NCBI GenBank assembly: GCA_964500725.1
Contig: CAZCNP010000001.1
Coordinates: forward strand, 321,520-385,519
Direction of reading: 5' to 3'
Length of the DNA: 64,000 nucleotides
From: an uncultured Gammaproteobacteria bacterium
Lineage (GTDB): Bacteria; Patescibacteriota; Microgenomatia; Daviesbacterales; UBA10151
Below are positions 31,401-37,800 of this stretch, in pieces. The translations under genes were made by a program, and so were the position numbers. Numbering within the stretch: position 1 is the stretch's first letter; each line of letters starts with the position of its first letter. The notes beneath the pieces are model-generated. The model was not told the origin of the DNA, searched no databases, and worked only from the letters and a program-made list of their open reading frames with translations.

Positions 31401-34371
31401 CTCTACTGGAGCTGGTGGAGGGGGTGGACTGGTAGGGATTTTAGATAATGGTAATGTTGGGATTGGCAACACCGGACCCTCTCAGTTATTCCAAGTAGGA
31501 CCCAATACTTCTGCTGGATCTTCTGCTATGGTATTTACCTCAGGGGGTAACTTAGGTATTGGCACAACTGGACCTGTTGGTAAGTTTGATGTTACTGATA
31601 CCTCCAACACTGGTGCCTCTTTCTCTCTAACAAATAATACTGCCACTACTATTGGAGCTGGAGTAAATACCTTGGGAGTTCTAGACCTCCAATCCACCTC
31701 TTTGACTACTGGTAACTTTATGAATATAGAATTAAATGCCCTATCTTCTGGAAAAGGTATTAATTTAACCTCTACTTCTACTGCATTTTCTACTGGATCT
31801 TTCTTAAACTTAAATTGGTCTCCTACCACCTCTACTACAGCTACAGGTGACCTAGTTTCAATTGGTATTGGAGTATCTGGAAATGTAGGAAACTTACTTA
31901 ATATTACAGATTCAGGTTCTTCTATCTTTGCTGTATCAGAATCCTCATTAACTACATCACTTCCTGCTAACTTTACTGCTGCTGGAGATGTGGCTATAGC
32001 TTATGATATTAACTTTACCAATCCTACTGCCTCATATGTTAAATCTGCTGCCCCACTATACTTACAAGCTGGAGAAACCTTTAACTCCTCAGACCTGACT
32101 TTGAAAACCTTTAACTCTGGTCAGGGAGTGTTTGATTTTGCAGGAGGAGCCAGTTTTATCCAGCCCCAAACCTGGAACTTCCCTGCTACCACTTCTATCA
32201 ATGCCTTAACATTTTCTGATTCAGCAGGCAATGATTTATTAAACCTGGATACTGCCAATACTAGGGTAGGAATAGGCACTTCTAATCCATCAGCTACTTT
32301 CCAGGTCAATGCCACCGGCACTTCTTCTTTTGTGGTTAACTCTTCAGGTAATGTGGGAATTGGAACTTCTACCACAGGTGTACCTTTGACTATCAGAAAC
32401 CTTGGCACCACCTCAGGAACTGCCTTAGTAGTAGATAGCGAAGGCCAGGTTTATAAAACAAGTTCTTCTTTAAGATATAAAAACAACGTTGCCAATTTAA
32501 ATAATAACTTTGCCAAAATTTTACAGGTTGCTCCCAAATCCTTCAATTATAAAGATACAGGAGCTGCTGATATAGGTTATATAGCAGAAGACTTTGATAG
32601 CTTGGGTCTTACAGATTTGGTACTTTATGATAACCAGGGCAGACCTGATAGTATTAAGTACGATCGGGTTGCCCTTTATGCTGTAGAAATATTGAAAAGC
32701 CAGAATCTCACCCTTAACAACTTAACTAATGCCTTATCTGTAATTGGTGGAAATGTAGGCATTGGAACCACCAATCCAACTGCTGCTTTGGATGTAGTTG
32801 GAGATACTAATATTATGGGGGTACTTTCTGTCAAAAACTCCTTGGGACAAAATCTATTCCAGGTAGATGCTTCTGGTTCTGCCAAACTGGCAGGAACTAT
32901 CACAACTGAGGCAGGAGCTTTTGATATAGCAGAAGACTATCAAGCTGAGGCAGGAATAGAAGCTGGAGATGTGGTTGCTATTTCGGAAGACAGCAGCGCT
33001 GATAACCCACAAGTAGAAAAAACCACCTCCTCCTACCAAAACAATGTCTTAGGTATTATTTCTACCAAAGCAGCCCTTAGACTTAGCTCAGGGTCTTCGA
33101 CCACCGACTCTCAACCTATCGCTTTAGTTGGTAGAGTGCCAGTCAAAGTTTCTACAGAAAATGGAGCTATACAAAAGGGAGATTACTTAACATCCTCATC
33201 TATACCAGGTGTTGCTATGAAAGCAACCAGACCAGGACAAGTTATAGGAAAAGCATTAGAATCATATTCAGAGACAGGAGTTGGCAAAATACTTATCTTT
33301 GTAAATATATCCTTTGCTGATCCAGGCAATTTCTTATCTTCCCTATCTTTGGATGATGAAGGCAATTTGATAATTCCTAAGATAAAAACTGCTAGTATTG
33401 CCCTGGATCCAAAAGTTGCCACAACGCAACAATTGGCACTCGACAATGACCAATTAACAAGCGCAGAGACCTTAAATGATAAGTCTCAAATGTCGAATGA
33501 CACTTACTATGATTTAGGCGGCAAGATTGCCTCGCTGGAGGAAAGAATTACTGAGTATGAAGAAAAGATTAAAGACTTAGAAGCTAAGGTAAATAGTGCC
33601 CCTGAGGCTACTTCTTCAGCAGAAATTAAAGATTTGGCTGATGAACTGTTAACCAGCTCAGAAAAATTGGTAGCAGAGGCCACCTCCTCAGCTACACCTT
33701 CGGCTGTCTTAGCAGATGAAACATTAAACTTAACTCCTCCTGAAGTCCTACTTAACCAGGCTTCTGCTGTCTTGACTGATTTGGAAGTTAAATCAGAAGC
33801 CACTGTTTCTGGACAATTAACTGCCTATAACTTAAATGTCCAAGACGGACTCAAATCTTTGGGAACAACCTCTTTGGGTAATACTACTATTGCTGGAGAT
33901 TTGACTGTTGATGGCACATTATCAATAGAAAATGGTAATGAGATTAATGTCTTAGGTACTCTCTACTTGCAAAAATCTATCCTGGCAACTGCTGTAGATA
34001 TCTTCAATGGCTTGGTAACTATAGATAATAAAGGTAATTTAACAGCTCAAACTATTATAGCTGAGGAAATAGTAACCACTAAATTGACAATTAATGCCAA
34101 GCCTAAAGAGGCTAGCTCCTCAGCTACTTTGGGCACTTCTACTAATGCCACCATTGGATCTGGTAAAATCCTTGCTGGAAAGACCAAAGTAGCCATATTT
34201 ACCAACCAAATCACTGAAGCTTCAAAGGTATTTATCACTTTGAAATCATCTAGCTTGGGTCAAACCCCTTATGTTGAAACTACCCTATCAGGCAAAGGCT
34301 TTGTAGTGAGCATTGATCAAACTGTTGGTAAAGATATTGATTTTGACTGGTGGATTATAAGCACACGATGA
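16417..34371 (+). CDS. Giant surface-fibre protein precursor (5,984 aa): N-terminal MerR/excisionase-like HTH, single TM, hundreds of GNVGIG-type fibre repeats, three inteins, internal peptidase-S74 intramolecular-chaperone domain, C-terminal coiled coil
   Basis: Single uninterrupted ORF. N-terminus LVKIAQASKLLGVHKDTLRRWEKAGKIKVVRDQKGDRLYD is an HTH; FYFMAAGFFLLLVLIGLGYI is a TM. Recurring 35-45-aa repeats carry the motif GNVGIG[TA]..P...L.V.G. Intein and S74 signatures are listed separately. Confidence 0.85.
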   Translation: MLKVNSSKKSLVKIAQASKLLGVHKDTLRRWEKAGKIKVVRDQKGDRLYDVSKLINSAPASQTSKVPTTEQLLKSASQHAQQSTLQPQLPALDYSALLDQTISKDNKQTGRRFYFMAAGFFLLLVLIGLGYIRVLSTQSKPQIITSLENKILAAITSQPLVKINADVKVRGSLSVSNDINGLAIATDSAGFTLTSENGKLTVVGDALLNQDLSSSGSPTFSSLNLSSTSNQLVFQSGGPAGTLTWTPTAARTITLPDTTTTLVGKDTTDTFTNKSISGSSNTFTNIPNSALTNKKITVTAGTNLTGGGDVELGSSITLSLKESPTFSGVVLLSDGTAAAPGLAFSNDTNTGLYRIGTDKIALITGGLATSGITIDSSGNLGIANNSPAYKLDVTGTANITSNTTIGGTLGVTGISTFSSTMGVSSGLSVGSTYSSLSPPTSGAIIEGNVGIGTSAPGSFALNVSGNTYLNGRLETSGNVGIANSAPSFTLDVVGTGRFSSLLNVLGNIGIGTSGAAGSALQVNGGGLFGWGTTSTALSSGAILGVNGNVGVGTTSPLANLHVVGQCVVGETKLKRRRRKKGKNGEWSDEYEDVEIKDIKEGDEILTLDESTGRFVPAKVNALKDMGIKEIFELTTATGKTIRTTGNHPYLALGVEHLALTSHDSASGVTGASLLNSTILSLTRGNKDHRIAVFIDAANLEKSVEKIGFKVHYKNLKRLIASLGSLDYIGYFTVATSSEQNVTLRQSLLRFGYNVVTKPLKLIKTAKGLKPKADVDVEITTEVMERKDDFDLMILFSGDSDFYYPIKLLQEKYGKKVIVISTRYSVSRELLKVADRYIDIAKLKGEIARGQKESPSFATGDSSFDESNLTTALQTISDILPFVKNLGKWTKVSGLKTGQMIAAVGKDNQPQFEKIASIKKVKREQVFDIEVEGTHNFVGNDIVAHNTFITGNVGIGAAFTTSGIVTPTNGLAVQGNVGIGTSTTNAALTVIGGITTTGNVGISNSAPSFTLDVVGTGRFSSDLTVSGTTFSASSAAGSFDSLTVGGGYGSTGVSISNAGVIQANGALTADGLITGSTGLTITGGVVSLNASSNNAVNINTGSSTGALTLGGGSGTVEVASTSWDISTLGAISGVTGITTSGGYTQSGTSENLFTGNVGIGVSATGAKLSLNGGAYIWPITTNIAAPNNGLAVYGRVGIGTTSPATNLHLIDTSGNTEIARFTSTTNSKDSYVQFNTTSSTSSMGLQLSSTAANSVGMRIDGSGNLSFHTGAASSSVMANNNKKMTIDTNGNVGIGSSASNGISAIQLFQVNGTSSSPFVVTSAGNVGIANSAPSFTLDVVGTGRFSSLLNVLGNVGIGTSGVAGSALQVNGGGLFGWGTTSTALSSGAILGVNGNVGVGTTSPLANLHVVGQCVVGETKLKRRRRKKGKNGKWIDEWEEVEIKDIKEGDEILSLNESTGEFIPRKVKGLLGMGMQEVYEILTEEGKTIQTTKNHPYLVDLSETAGTALHFIQKATFEYSERLGKEFYIDHLAGKKIKSKALNDTINFTHTGWNHFTEKSRSINELITRFFALPYAITVLSQASKVKIHEERKKPDMVVEYWIFEEIIEYALIRVVISAVNHGPKFFLSCSWLGTQAEGGILANKKELSLSQAVTPGRRRELVIPQLFTKLFIPKNVKNVKWVEVRNLTVGASIATISGWEKIVSIKNMGRKSTFDIEVAGTHNFLGNNIVAHNTFITGNVGIGAAFTTSGIVTPADGLAVQGNVGIGTTTTNAALTVIGGITSTGNVGIANSAPSYTLDVIGTGRFSSTLLANTFSSSEVTITGGTINNTSIGATVTSTGAFTTLSASGALAANGGITFDNATDTLGAFTAAGTINMNGNIITNIGATDTSFATTGALAITLDGADASGALSVSNASQTSDIFVAKDNTTAVFTIKDGGNVGIGFTSPSALLHLRQTGSGNAFYVEDQADDTSSPFVINADGNVGIANSAPSYTLDVVGTGRISSDLVVNGTTFSASSAAGSFDSLTVGGGYGSTGVSISNAGVIQANGALTADGLITGSTGLTITGGVVSLNASSNNAVNINTGSSTGALTLGGGSGTVEVASTSWDISTLGAISGVTGITTSGGYTQSGTSENLFTGNVGIGVSATGAKLAINGGAYIWPTTTAISAPNDGLAVYGNVGIGTTTPLANLHVVGQCVTGDTRLRRRKKKKNGEWSDEYEDIEIKDIQAGDQILSLNEKTGQFEPHTVLALKDMGIHQTFELITASRKSIRTTANHPYLIKQQKTRLSASSLTEFNADALYSGLSINTLPQNTNNVKSMTARSGTNVDLTGIEPANPDFSDPSVHQYQAHIKLLSHKWIKVSGLKPGMEIATINGWEKIAAIKKFAREQVFDIEVEGTHNFVGNDIVAHNTFITGNVGIGAAFTTSGIVTPTNGLAVQGNVGIGTTTTTNALTVAGNVNTTGNLGVGTSATGGYNLTVQGTTSITGAATFGSTGTFASTLTASNGLTLTTGALNLTSTSGQANLALTNNTNTFTVNGLFGIDTTNNRVGIGTTAPSAARLEVIGAGSVTGRTFWVTGSNLSSGLAVLDNGNVGIGISGPTASLDIVGTSYTTALDQSQTSTNGFYSSSIQAQSFTPSVTGPFMYADIKIQSGGGAPGNTALTLRSGEDVSGTVLATSTSVASLGSGWYRITFDNTPTLTAGQQYTIRYDRTSTNDWGIQGANPYSGGRFYGLGAWKTDDGAFKTYVYTTDTTLADAVKMANNYTSANSGAVLNITTAGIAGSYALRVNDDGTFTDTSPFVIDTTGNVGIANSAPSYTLDVVGTGRISSDLVVNGTTFSASSAAGSFDSLTVGGGYGSTGVSISNAGVIQANGALTADGLITGSTGLTITGGVVSLNASSNNAVNINTGSSTGALTLGGGSGTVEVASTSWDISTLGAISGVTTLNMSGAITAATASNTINGLIINSGALSGVTGITTSGGYTQSGTSENLFTGNVGIGVSATGAKLSLNGGAYIWPITTNIAAPDNGLAVYGNVGIGTTTTNAALTVIGGITSTGNVGIANSAPSYTLDVIGTGRFSSTLLANTFSSSDVTITGGTINDTTIGATITSTGAFTTLTSSGNTTLGTGASSVNTIGSTTTPGTLTLHGATTLDNTFTVSGANLTSLGGNLSFTGTAPSLTSGSSVLGIFAGGNVGIGTTSAMASSFNVNGNQVIGSSFIGGAAPTNGLAVQGNVGIGTTTTTNALTVAGNVNTTGNLGVGTSATGGYNLTVQGTTSITGAATFGSTGTFASTLTASNGLTLTTGALNLTSTSGQANLALTNNTNTFTVNGLFGIDTTNNRVGIGTTAPSAARLEVIGAGSVTGRTFWVTGSNLSSGLAVLDNGNVGIGISGPTASLDIVGTSYTTALDQSQTSTNGFYSSSIQAQSFTPSVTGPFMYADIKIQSGGGAPGNTALTLRSGEDVSGTVLATSTSVASLGSGWYRITFDNTPTLTAGQQYTIRYDRTSTNDWGIQGANPYSGGRFYGLGAWKTDDGAFKTYVYTTDTTLADAVKMANNYTSANSGAVLNITTAGIAGSYALRVNDDGTFTDTSPFVIDTTGNVGIANSAPSYTLDVVGTGRISSNLTIGGSLTSTGNLLPSADDTYDLGSSSARWQDLYVGPTSLNLVCTAGECGTARTWNIGVQESSGVAAAQGNLRIGLSSSRDFLNINTSGNLGIGTSNPGNLLTVSGGNIEISSASPQLIWTDTTAGQDAFGAIANSDYLEFMSGGTRNILVLAGATHANAGNVGIGTATPAFKLDVNGGINSGTSAGYSVGSWLGMSYAANGASYNLNLGGINASTWVGLGLFTSGTEKVRIDTNGALYSGNIGTSIANANLFVSGATSGNVGIGTTTPNTRLDVIGNGTYAADFMNGSVGIGTSSPQATLHVASAFTAVSDTGSTGGNLIIQGTDTTRDPTHGAALSFYLPATTAGGNPYVQARIIGAPDNSSNNNTSGRLIFQTRNNTSASFNNAMMIDSNGNVGIGTTGPNAKLDVIGGIRVTNTSSTNALVFGLANSNHYLKLYADTDTGISYIKNLSNYDIRLGHASSDDVIINSAGNVGIANSAPSYTLDVIGTGRFSSDLTVGGNLTVSGTTFSASGAAGSFDSLTVGGGYGSTGVTISNAGVIQANGTLTVDSTSTLTGAVSIGASNAALTFTGTTPSITSGSSVFGIFAGGNVGIGTTSTMGSTLNVSGNQVIGSSFIGGAAPQNGLGIQGNVGIGTTTATSYNLQVVGTIGSTSGITIDAGAGSSNATLTLAGRNSGTAHSASVFSNFNGGLNLKPATTGSDINVYLWNNATASTSNTMPLNFDLNATTDGKTTFAQIMGLSTDITSGAASGALSFYTKNTGSLKERMRIDLNGNVGIGTSAPFTALTGAFQVAPVSAPAAFFVGSTGNVGIGTTAPTNNLSVIGNVNTTGNLGVGTSATGGYNLTVNGTARISGNIGIGGTATFSNPTIFNNGITNNGVFSQTGQFLAGDGSAAAPSYSFTSSTGAGLWSPSSNNIALTTGTPTTTGTIKGISVDSSGNVGIGTSNPAGLLDIVKLGNDNPIYIDRYSTNNGHVPTIQFRTSQQNSLGNTATTISNMYGRLEWYGNDGNGFQRAAYIQAQQGSSTATDADLTISTGASGTIFMEGSSGNVGINNAAPVAKLHLTGAGITTGVNFLSTGAGGGGGLVGILDNGNVGIGTTAPGQKLDVVGTIKFGSGGYYSLGTDPTRLEIRNAANDSIALYTNGTRGLLMTGSQKVTVGGDISGGNSLFNVQGGTAIGSSYYLATAPTNGLLVEGNVGIGTTSPITKLDVSGGVGDTSSTDPQFSLSRWSSTGNNEVVKFRLMEQASGGTNFGVFTIQTKSTASAAESDSYYTNAFSITAAGNVGIGTTGPAVKLDVVGGGNYVDGLRLRYSALTNGWNFAQGTGGQLYFGYGSAASPTTMMLIDTNGNVGINNAAPVAKLHLTGAGTTTGVNFLSTGAGGGGGLVGILDNGNVGIGNTGPSQLFQVGPNTSAGSSAMVFTSGGNLGIGTTGPVGKFDVTDTSNTGASFSLTNNTATTIGAGVNTLGVLDLQSTSLTTGNFMNIELNALSSGKGINLTSTSTAFSTGSFLNLNWSPTTSTTATGDLVSIGIGVSGNVGNLLNITDSGSSIFAVSESSLTTSLPANFTAAGDVAIAYDINFTNPTASYVKSAAPLYLQAGETFNSSDLTLKTFNSGQGVFDFAGGASFIQPQTWNFPATTSINALTFSDSAGNDLLNLDTANTRVGIGTSNPSATFQVNATGTSSFVVNSSGNVGIGTSTTGVPLTIRNLGTTSGTALVVDSEGQVYKTSSSLRYKNNVANLNNNFAKILQVAPKSFNYKDTGAADIGYIAEDFDSLGLTDLVLYDNQGRPDSIKYDRVALYAVEILKSQNLTLNNLTNALSVIGGNVGIGTTNPTAALDVVGDTNIMGVLSVKNSLGQNLFQVDASGSAKLAGTITTEAGAFDIAEDYQAEAGIEAGDVVAISEDSSADNPQVEKTTSSYQNNVLGIISTKAALRLSSGSSTTDSQPIALVGRVPVKVSTENGAIQKGDYLTSSSIPGVAMKATRPGQVIGKALESYSETGVGKILIFVNISFADPGNFLSSLSLDDEGNLIIPKIKTASIALDPKVATTQQLALDNDQLTSAETLNDKSQMSNDTYYDLGGKIASLEERITEYEEKIKDLEAKVNSAPEATSSAEIKDLADELLTSSEKLVAEATSSATPSAVLADETLNLTPPEVLLNQASAVLTDLEVKSEATVSGQLTAYNLNVQDGLKSLGTTSLGNTTIAGDLTVDGTLSIENGNEINVLGTLYLQKSILATAVDIFNGLVTIDNKGNLTAQTIIAEEIVTTKLTINAKPKEASSSATLGTSTNATIGSGKILAGKTKVAIFTNQITEASKVFITLKSSSLGQTPYVETTLSGKGFVVSIDQTVGKDIDFDWWIISTR
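18112..19251 (+). mobile_element. Intein 1 (380 aa) in the giant ORF, carrying an NYN/LabA-like domain in the endonuclease position
   Basis: Starts CVVGETKL (block A). TTGNHPYL is block B (TxxH). VFDIEVEGTHNFVGNDIVAHN is block F/G, ending HN; the +1 residue is T (TFITGNVGIG). In frame: aa 566-945 of the host ORF. Confidence 0.8.
18478..18933 (+). other. NYN (LabA-like, PIN-related) nuclease domain embedded in intein 1
   Basis: IAVFIDAANL ... DVDVEITTEV ... LFSGDSDFYYPIKLLQEKYGKKVIVIS ... ADRYIDI. Clear paralogy to the free-standing NYN protein at 47173..47667 (AFIDASNI ... CDVDLTMDML ... LTGDGDFAPLL...IIIIS ... GDEHIDF). Confidence 0.7.
20650..21612 (+). mobile_element. Intein 2 (321 aa) with an unknown ~200-aa insert domain
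   Basis: CVVGETKLKRRRRKKGKNGKWIDEW...TTKNHPYL ... STFDIEVAGTHNFLGNNIVAHN|TFITGNVGIG; aa 1412-1732. The insert (20905..21500) contains PDMVVEYWIFEEIIEY and IDHLAGKK with no recognisable family. Confidence 0.75.
23002..23643 (+). mobile_element. Intein 3 (214 aa), mini-intein
   Basis: CVTGDTRLRRRKKKKNGEWSDEY...TTANHPYL ... QVFDIEVEGTHNFVGNDIVAHN|TFITGNVGIG; aa 2196-2409. No endonuclease-sized insert. Confidence 0.75.
23393..23461 (-). ncRNA. tRNA-like element antisense to intein 3: canonical acceptor stem, anticodon arm and T-arm, non-canonical D-arm
   Basis: Reverse complement GGGCCTG-GTACTGGTGTACGCT-CGGGT-CTGAGAA-ATCTG-GGTTT-GCGGG-TTCAATT-CCCGT-CAGGTCC-A. 7-bp acceptor with one G-U; T-loop TTCAATT; anticodon loop CTGAGAA. 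The D region can only form GTAC/GTAC with a 4-nt loop. Confidence 0.25.
23702..27270 (+). repeat. Intragenic tandem duplication: 1,196-bp perfect repeat (23702..24897 = 26075..27270), period 2,373 bp
   Basis: Identical nucleotide strings. Antisense ORFs 24285..24530 and 26658..26903 in the ORF track have identical translations. Both copies encode TNGLAVQGNVGIGTTTTTNALTVAGNVNTTG...GTGRISS. Confidence 0.85.
32455..32735 (+). other. Peptidase S74 / intramolecular chaperone auto-processing domain (as in phage endosialidase and tail-fibre C-termini), internal to the giant ORF
   Basis: SSLRYKNNVANLNNNFAKILQVAPKSFNYKDTGAADIGYIAEDFDSLGLTDLVLYDNQGRPDSIKYDRVALYAVEILKS matches the S-x-R-x-K-x-N-[IV]...Y.YK.....IG.IA.[ED] pattern. 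About 550 further residues follow it, including a coiled coil (SLEERITEYEEKIKDLEAKV). Confidence 0.6.
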
Positions 34372-34859
34372 ACACAGATCATAAAAAAAGCATGATTCTC
34401 ACGGATAAAAAACAGATCAACACCGATCAGTCTACATCCGCTTTAAATCCGCCTAAATCCTCTTCAGGATTATTATTTGCCGACTTAACTTACAGGATTC
34501 GGGGAGCAATATTCACAGTTTACAACCAGCTAGGGTTTGGTCACAAAGAACAAGTTTACCAAAAAGCTTTAGAAAAAGAATTAATAGAAACTAAACTACC
34601 TTTTAAAAGAGAAGTTAGTTTAAATGTGAAATATAAAGATGAAGTGATAGGAAGCTACAGACCTGATTTTGTTGTAGATGATAAAGTAATTGTTGAGTTA
34701 AAAGCTGTTGAGTTTATGCCTAAATCTTTTGAAACCCAGTTAATCCATTATTTAAAAACTACTGGTTATCAATTAGGACTATTGGTTAACTTTGGTTCTA
34801 CTAAGTTAGTTATCAGAAGATTGCTATGGACAGGTCAGAAGGGAGATTCTCACAAATGA
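34350..34859 (+). CDS. GxxExxY-family protein (PD-(D/E)xK-like small nuclease-fold protein); probable start at M15 (34392)
   Basis: LTYRIRGAIFTVYNQLGFGHKEQVYQKALEKEL...YRPDFVVDDKVIVELKA contains the GxxExxY signature and a D...E.K triad. The ORF-track start overlaps the 3' end of the giant ORF. Confidence 0.6.
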   Translation: MDYKHTMNTDHKKSMILTDKKQINTDQSTSALNPPKSSSGLLFADLTYRIRGAIFTVYNQLGFGHKEQVYQKALEKELIETKLPFKREVSLNVKYKDEVIGSYRPDFVVDDKVIVELKAVEFMPKSFETQLIHYLKTTGYQLGLLVNFGSTKLVIRRLLWTGQKGDSHK

Positions 34860-37800
34860 AAAGCAGCCTAACACGGATTTCTTACTATCTGCGTAAATCA
34901 GTTCTCAAATCAGCGTTTATCCTGTCTGCCATACTGGTAGCAGGAGGAGGAATTTTTCTCTATGGTTACTTCCATTCTAAGTCTGCTTCTGCTGCCTGGT
35001 TTGATGAAGGCTGGGCATACAGAAAGGCTGTGACTGTGACTGTTACTTCCTCCTCTTCTGATATTACCAACCTGGAAACTTTAATTACCGCAGATACCTC
35101 TGCCTCCGGCAGATTTCAATCTTCCTGCCAGGATTTAAGATTTACCAACACTAATGGTAAACTTCTTCCTTACTACATAGATTCAGGCTGTACTACCTCC
35201 TCCACCAAAATCTGGATTATGCTGGATTTAGTTCCTAAAAACACCACCACTTATACCCTGTATATGTATTATGGCAATCCCACAGCCTCAGCTGCTTCTG
35301 ATTCCACTAAATTTAGACTATTTAACGGCTTGAAGGGGTATTGGAAGATGAATGATAACGTTTCCGGAGATGCAAAAACTTTAACAGACGCCTCAGTCAA
35401 TGCTAACTCAGGCACCACCTATTATGGAGCCAACACCACTGGAATGGATTGTACCATCACTGCCAAATATGATAAAGGTTGTACTCTGGATGGGACAGAT
35501 GACTATGTCAGTTTAGGAAATCCAGCAGCCCTGCAAATCTCTACTGATATCACCATCAATATTTGGGTTAAACCCACCTCAGGATCATATATTATCTCAA
35601 GGCGTGGCTGGAACATCCTTCTGGGTCAACCGCCAGCATTTGAAACTAGAAACGCCGGCGATACAGGCTGGGATACAAATGCCACCGCCACCTCTACACT
35701 CCCCACTGATTCCTGGTCCATGGTTACTGCTGTCTATAGCACAACAGATCAAAAAAAGTATATCTATATCAATGGGGTACAAGAAGGAAGTGCTGCTAAA
35801 ACAGACGGCAGTATGGGAGATACTACTGCCAGAAATATCTATCTCGGCCAATACATAGTCGGTTCCCAATGGTATAACGGTTCAGAAGACGAGCTTAGGA
35901 TTTATAACCGGGCTCTTTCACAATCAGAAATCACCCAGCTTTATCAAAACCCAGGCAATATTGCCACCTATGTTGACGGTATCAGCAAACCTACCACCTC
36001 CTTTGCCACAGAAGAACAAGGCCCAGGGCCAATAGGTTACTGGAAATTTGATGATGGGCAAGGATCAACTGCCCAGGATTCTACCTCCAGCAACTATGAT
36101 GGAACCATCACTGGAGCAACCTGGCAGACAGAAGATAAATGTATCTCTTCAAAATGTTTATATCTTACCTCAGCTACAGATAGGGTAACTGCTGGCTCAA
36201 GCAATAATTTAAATATCACCTCGGGTGATGCTACTTACCAAACCTGGGTAAGACTTACCGCTGCCACCTTTTTGGATGGCTCTACCAACTGGACTTTATT
36301 TAATAACGAAAGCTACCAGGCTTCTGGAATGACTATTAGAATTGATGGCGGAACTGGAAAATTAATGTACAGATCCAGTCAAGCAGCAGCCTCTACCACC
36401 TTTACCACTACTTCAGCCCCTATTGCTTCTAATAATACCTGGTATCACATAACTGCTGTAAAATCTGGCACCACAATATCTTTCTATGTCAATGGCAGGC
36501 TTATTCAATCAGGAACTATCACCAACCCTGTAACCACTGCCAATGCTTTTACCATTGGTTCAGCTGTAGGTGGATCACAGTCAGTCAGAGGTTTTATGGA
36601 TGATGCTAAAGTCTATAACTTTGCCAGAACTCCCGCACAGATCTTGCAGGATTATGCCTCAGGTTTGGCTAATGCAGGAACTAAACAAGGCTCCTCGGCG
36701 GTACTCGGAGCAAGTACTGAAAAATGGCTGTCTGATGGGTTAGTTGGATACTGGAAAATGGATGAAAGTTCTGGAAATGCTGCTGATTCTTCCGGCAACG
36801 CAACAACTTTAACTAACAACAATATCACCACTTTTGCTGCTGGTAAGTTTGGGAATGGATCATCATATAATGGAACAAGCCAGTACTTCAGCACTGCCTC
36901 AACAATTTCCGGTGTTCAGTCAATAGCTTTCTGGGTATATCCCACTTCCACTACAGATAATTACATTAATCTTAATGGGTCAACTTACATAACTTCATCA
37001 TCCGGTACTGTCTCGGGAACCGGAATAACCTCCCCCAGCATTTATGTCAACGGAACCCTTAATGGCACAATTACTGCCAGTGCCTGGAATCATGTAGTAA
37101 TCACCACCGCCACATCTGTATCTGCATCTGTATTTGAAATTGGGCGGGCAAATAGCTCTTATCTTTCCAACACCAGCAAAATGGATGAGATCCGCGTCTA
37201 TAATCGTGCTTTATCATCCGCGGAAATCTCTTCATTATATAACTGGGCTCCTGGACCATCTGGTTATTGGAACTTTGAAGAAAGAACAGGGACTTCTACT
37301 TATGATACTTCAGGAGGAGGAAACACAGGCACCATCACCAATTCTACCTGGAATACCGGCAAGTTTGGAGCAGGGCTGTCTTTTGATGGGAACGGTGATT
37401 TTGTAAATATCCCCCAAACTACTACCTTAGACACCCCCACAGGTACCATTTCTATGTGGGCTAACTTTAATGATCTAACAGATAATGGGTATTTATGGAG
37501 CCAGAATGTTGATGAATGGAACATTTATAATAATGGCACCCAGCTAAAAACCTATTACGATAGTACTCTCGTTCATAGCTATACCCCAACATTTACAAAT
37601 AACCAGTGGGTTCACCTTTCCTTTACCTTTACTAAAGGAGGCACCTGTTACTTTTATGTTAATGGGGTTCAAGTAGCCAGTAATACCTGTTCCTCTACTG
37701 CCCCTACCCTATCAAACATTCATATAGGAGCAATGAGCAGCAACAACACATATTCTTTTAATGGAAAACTTGATGATGTTAAAGTCTACAATTATCAAAG

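Noticed and set aside
17118-33803. About 30 minus-strand ORFs (60-350 aa, Pro/Val/Thr-rich) listed in the ORF track across the giant gene
   Set aside because: They are antisense shadows of the highly repetitive, stop-poor GNVGIG coding sequence (GGT/ACT-rich codons read in reverse). Identical pairs such as 24285..24530 and 26658..26903 simply reflect the tandem duplication. No independent coding signal.
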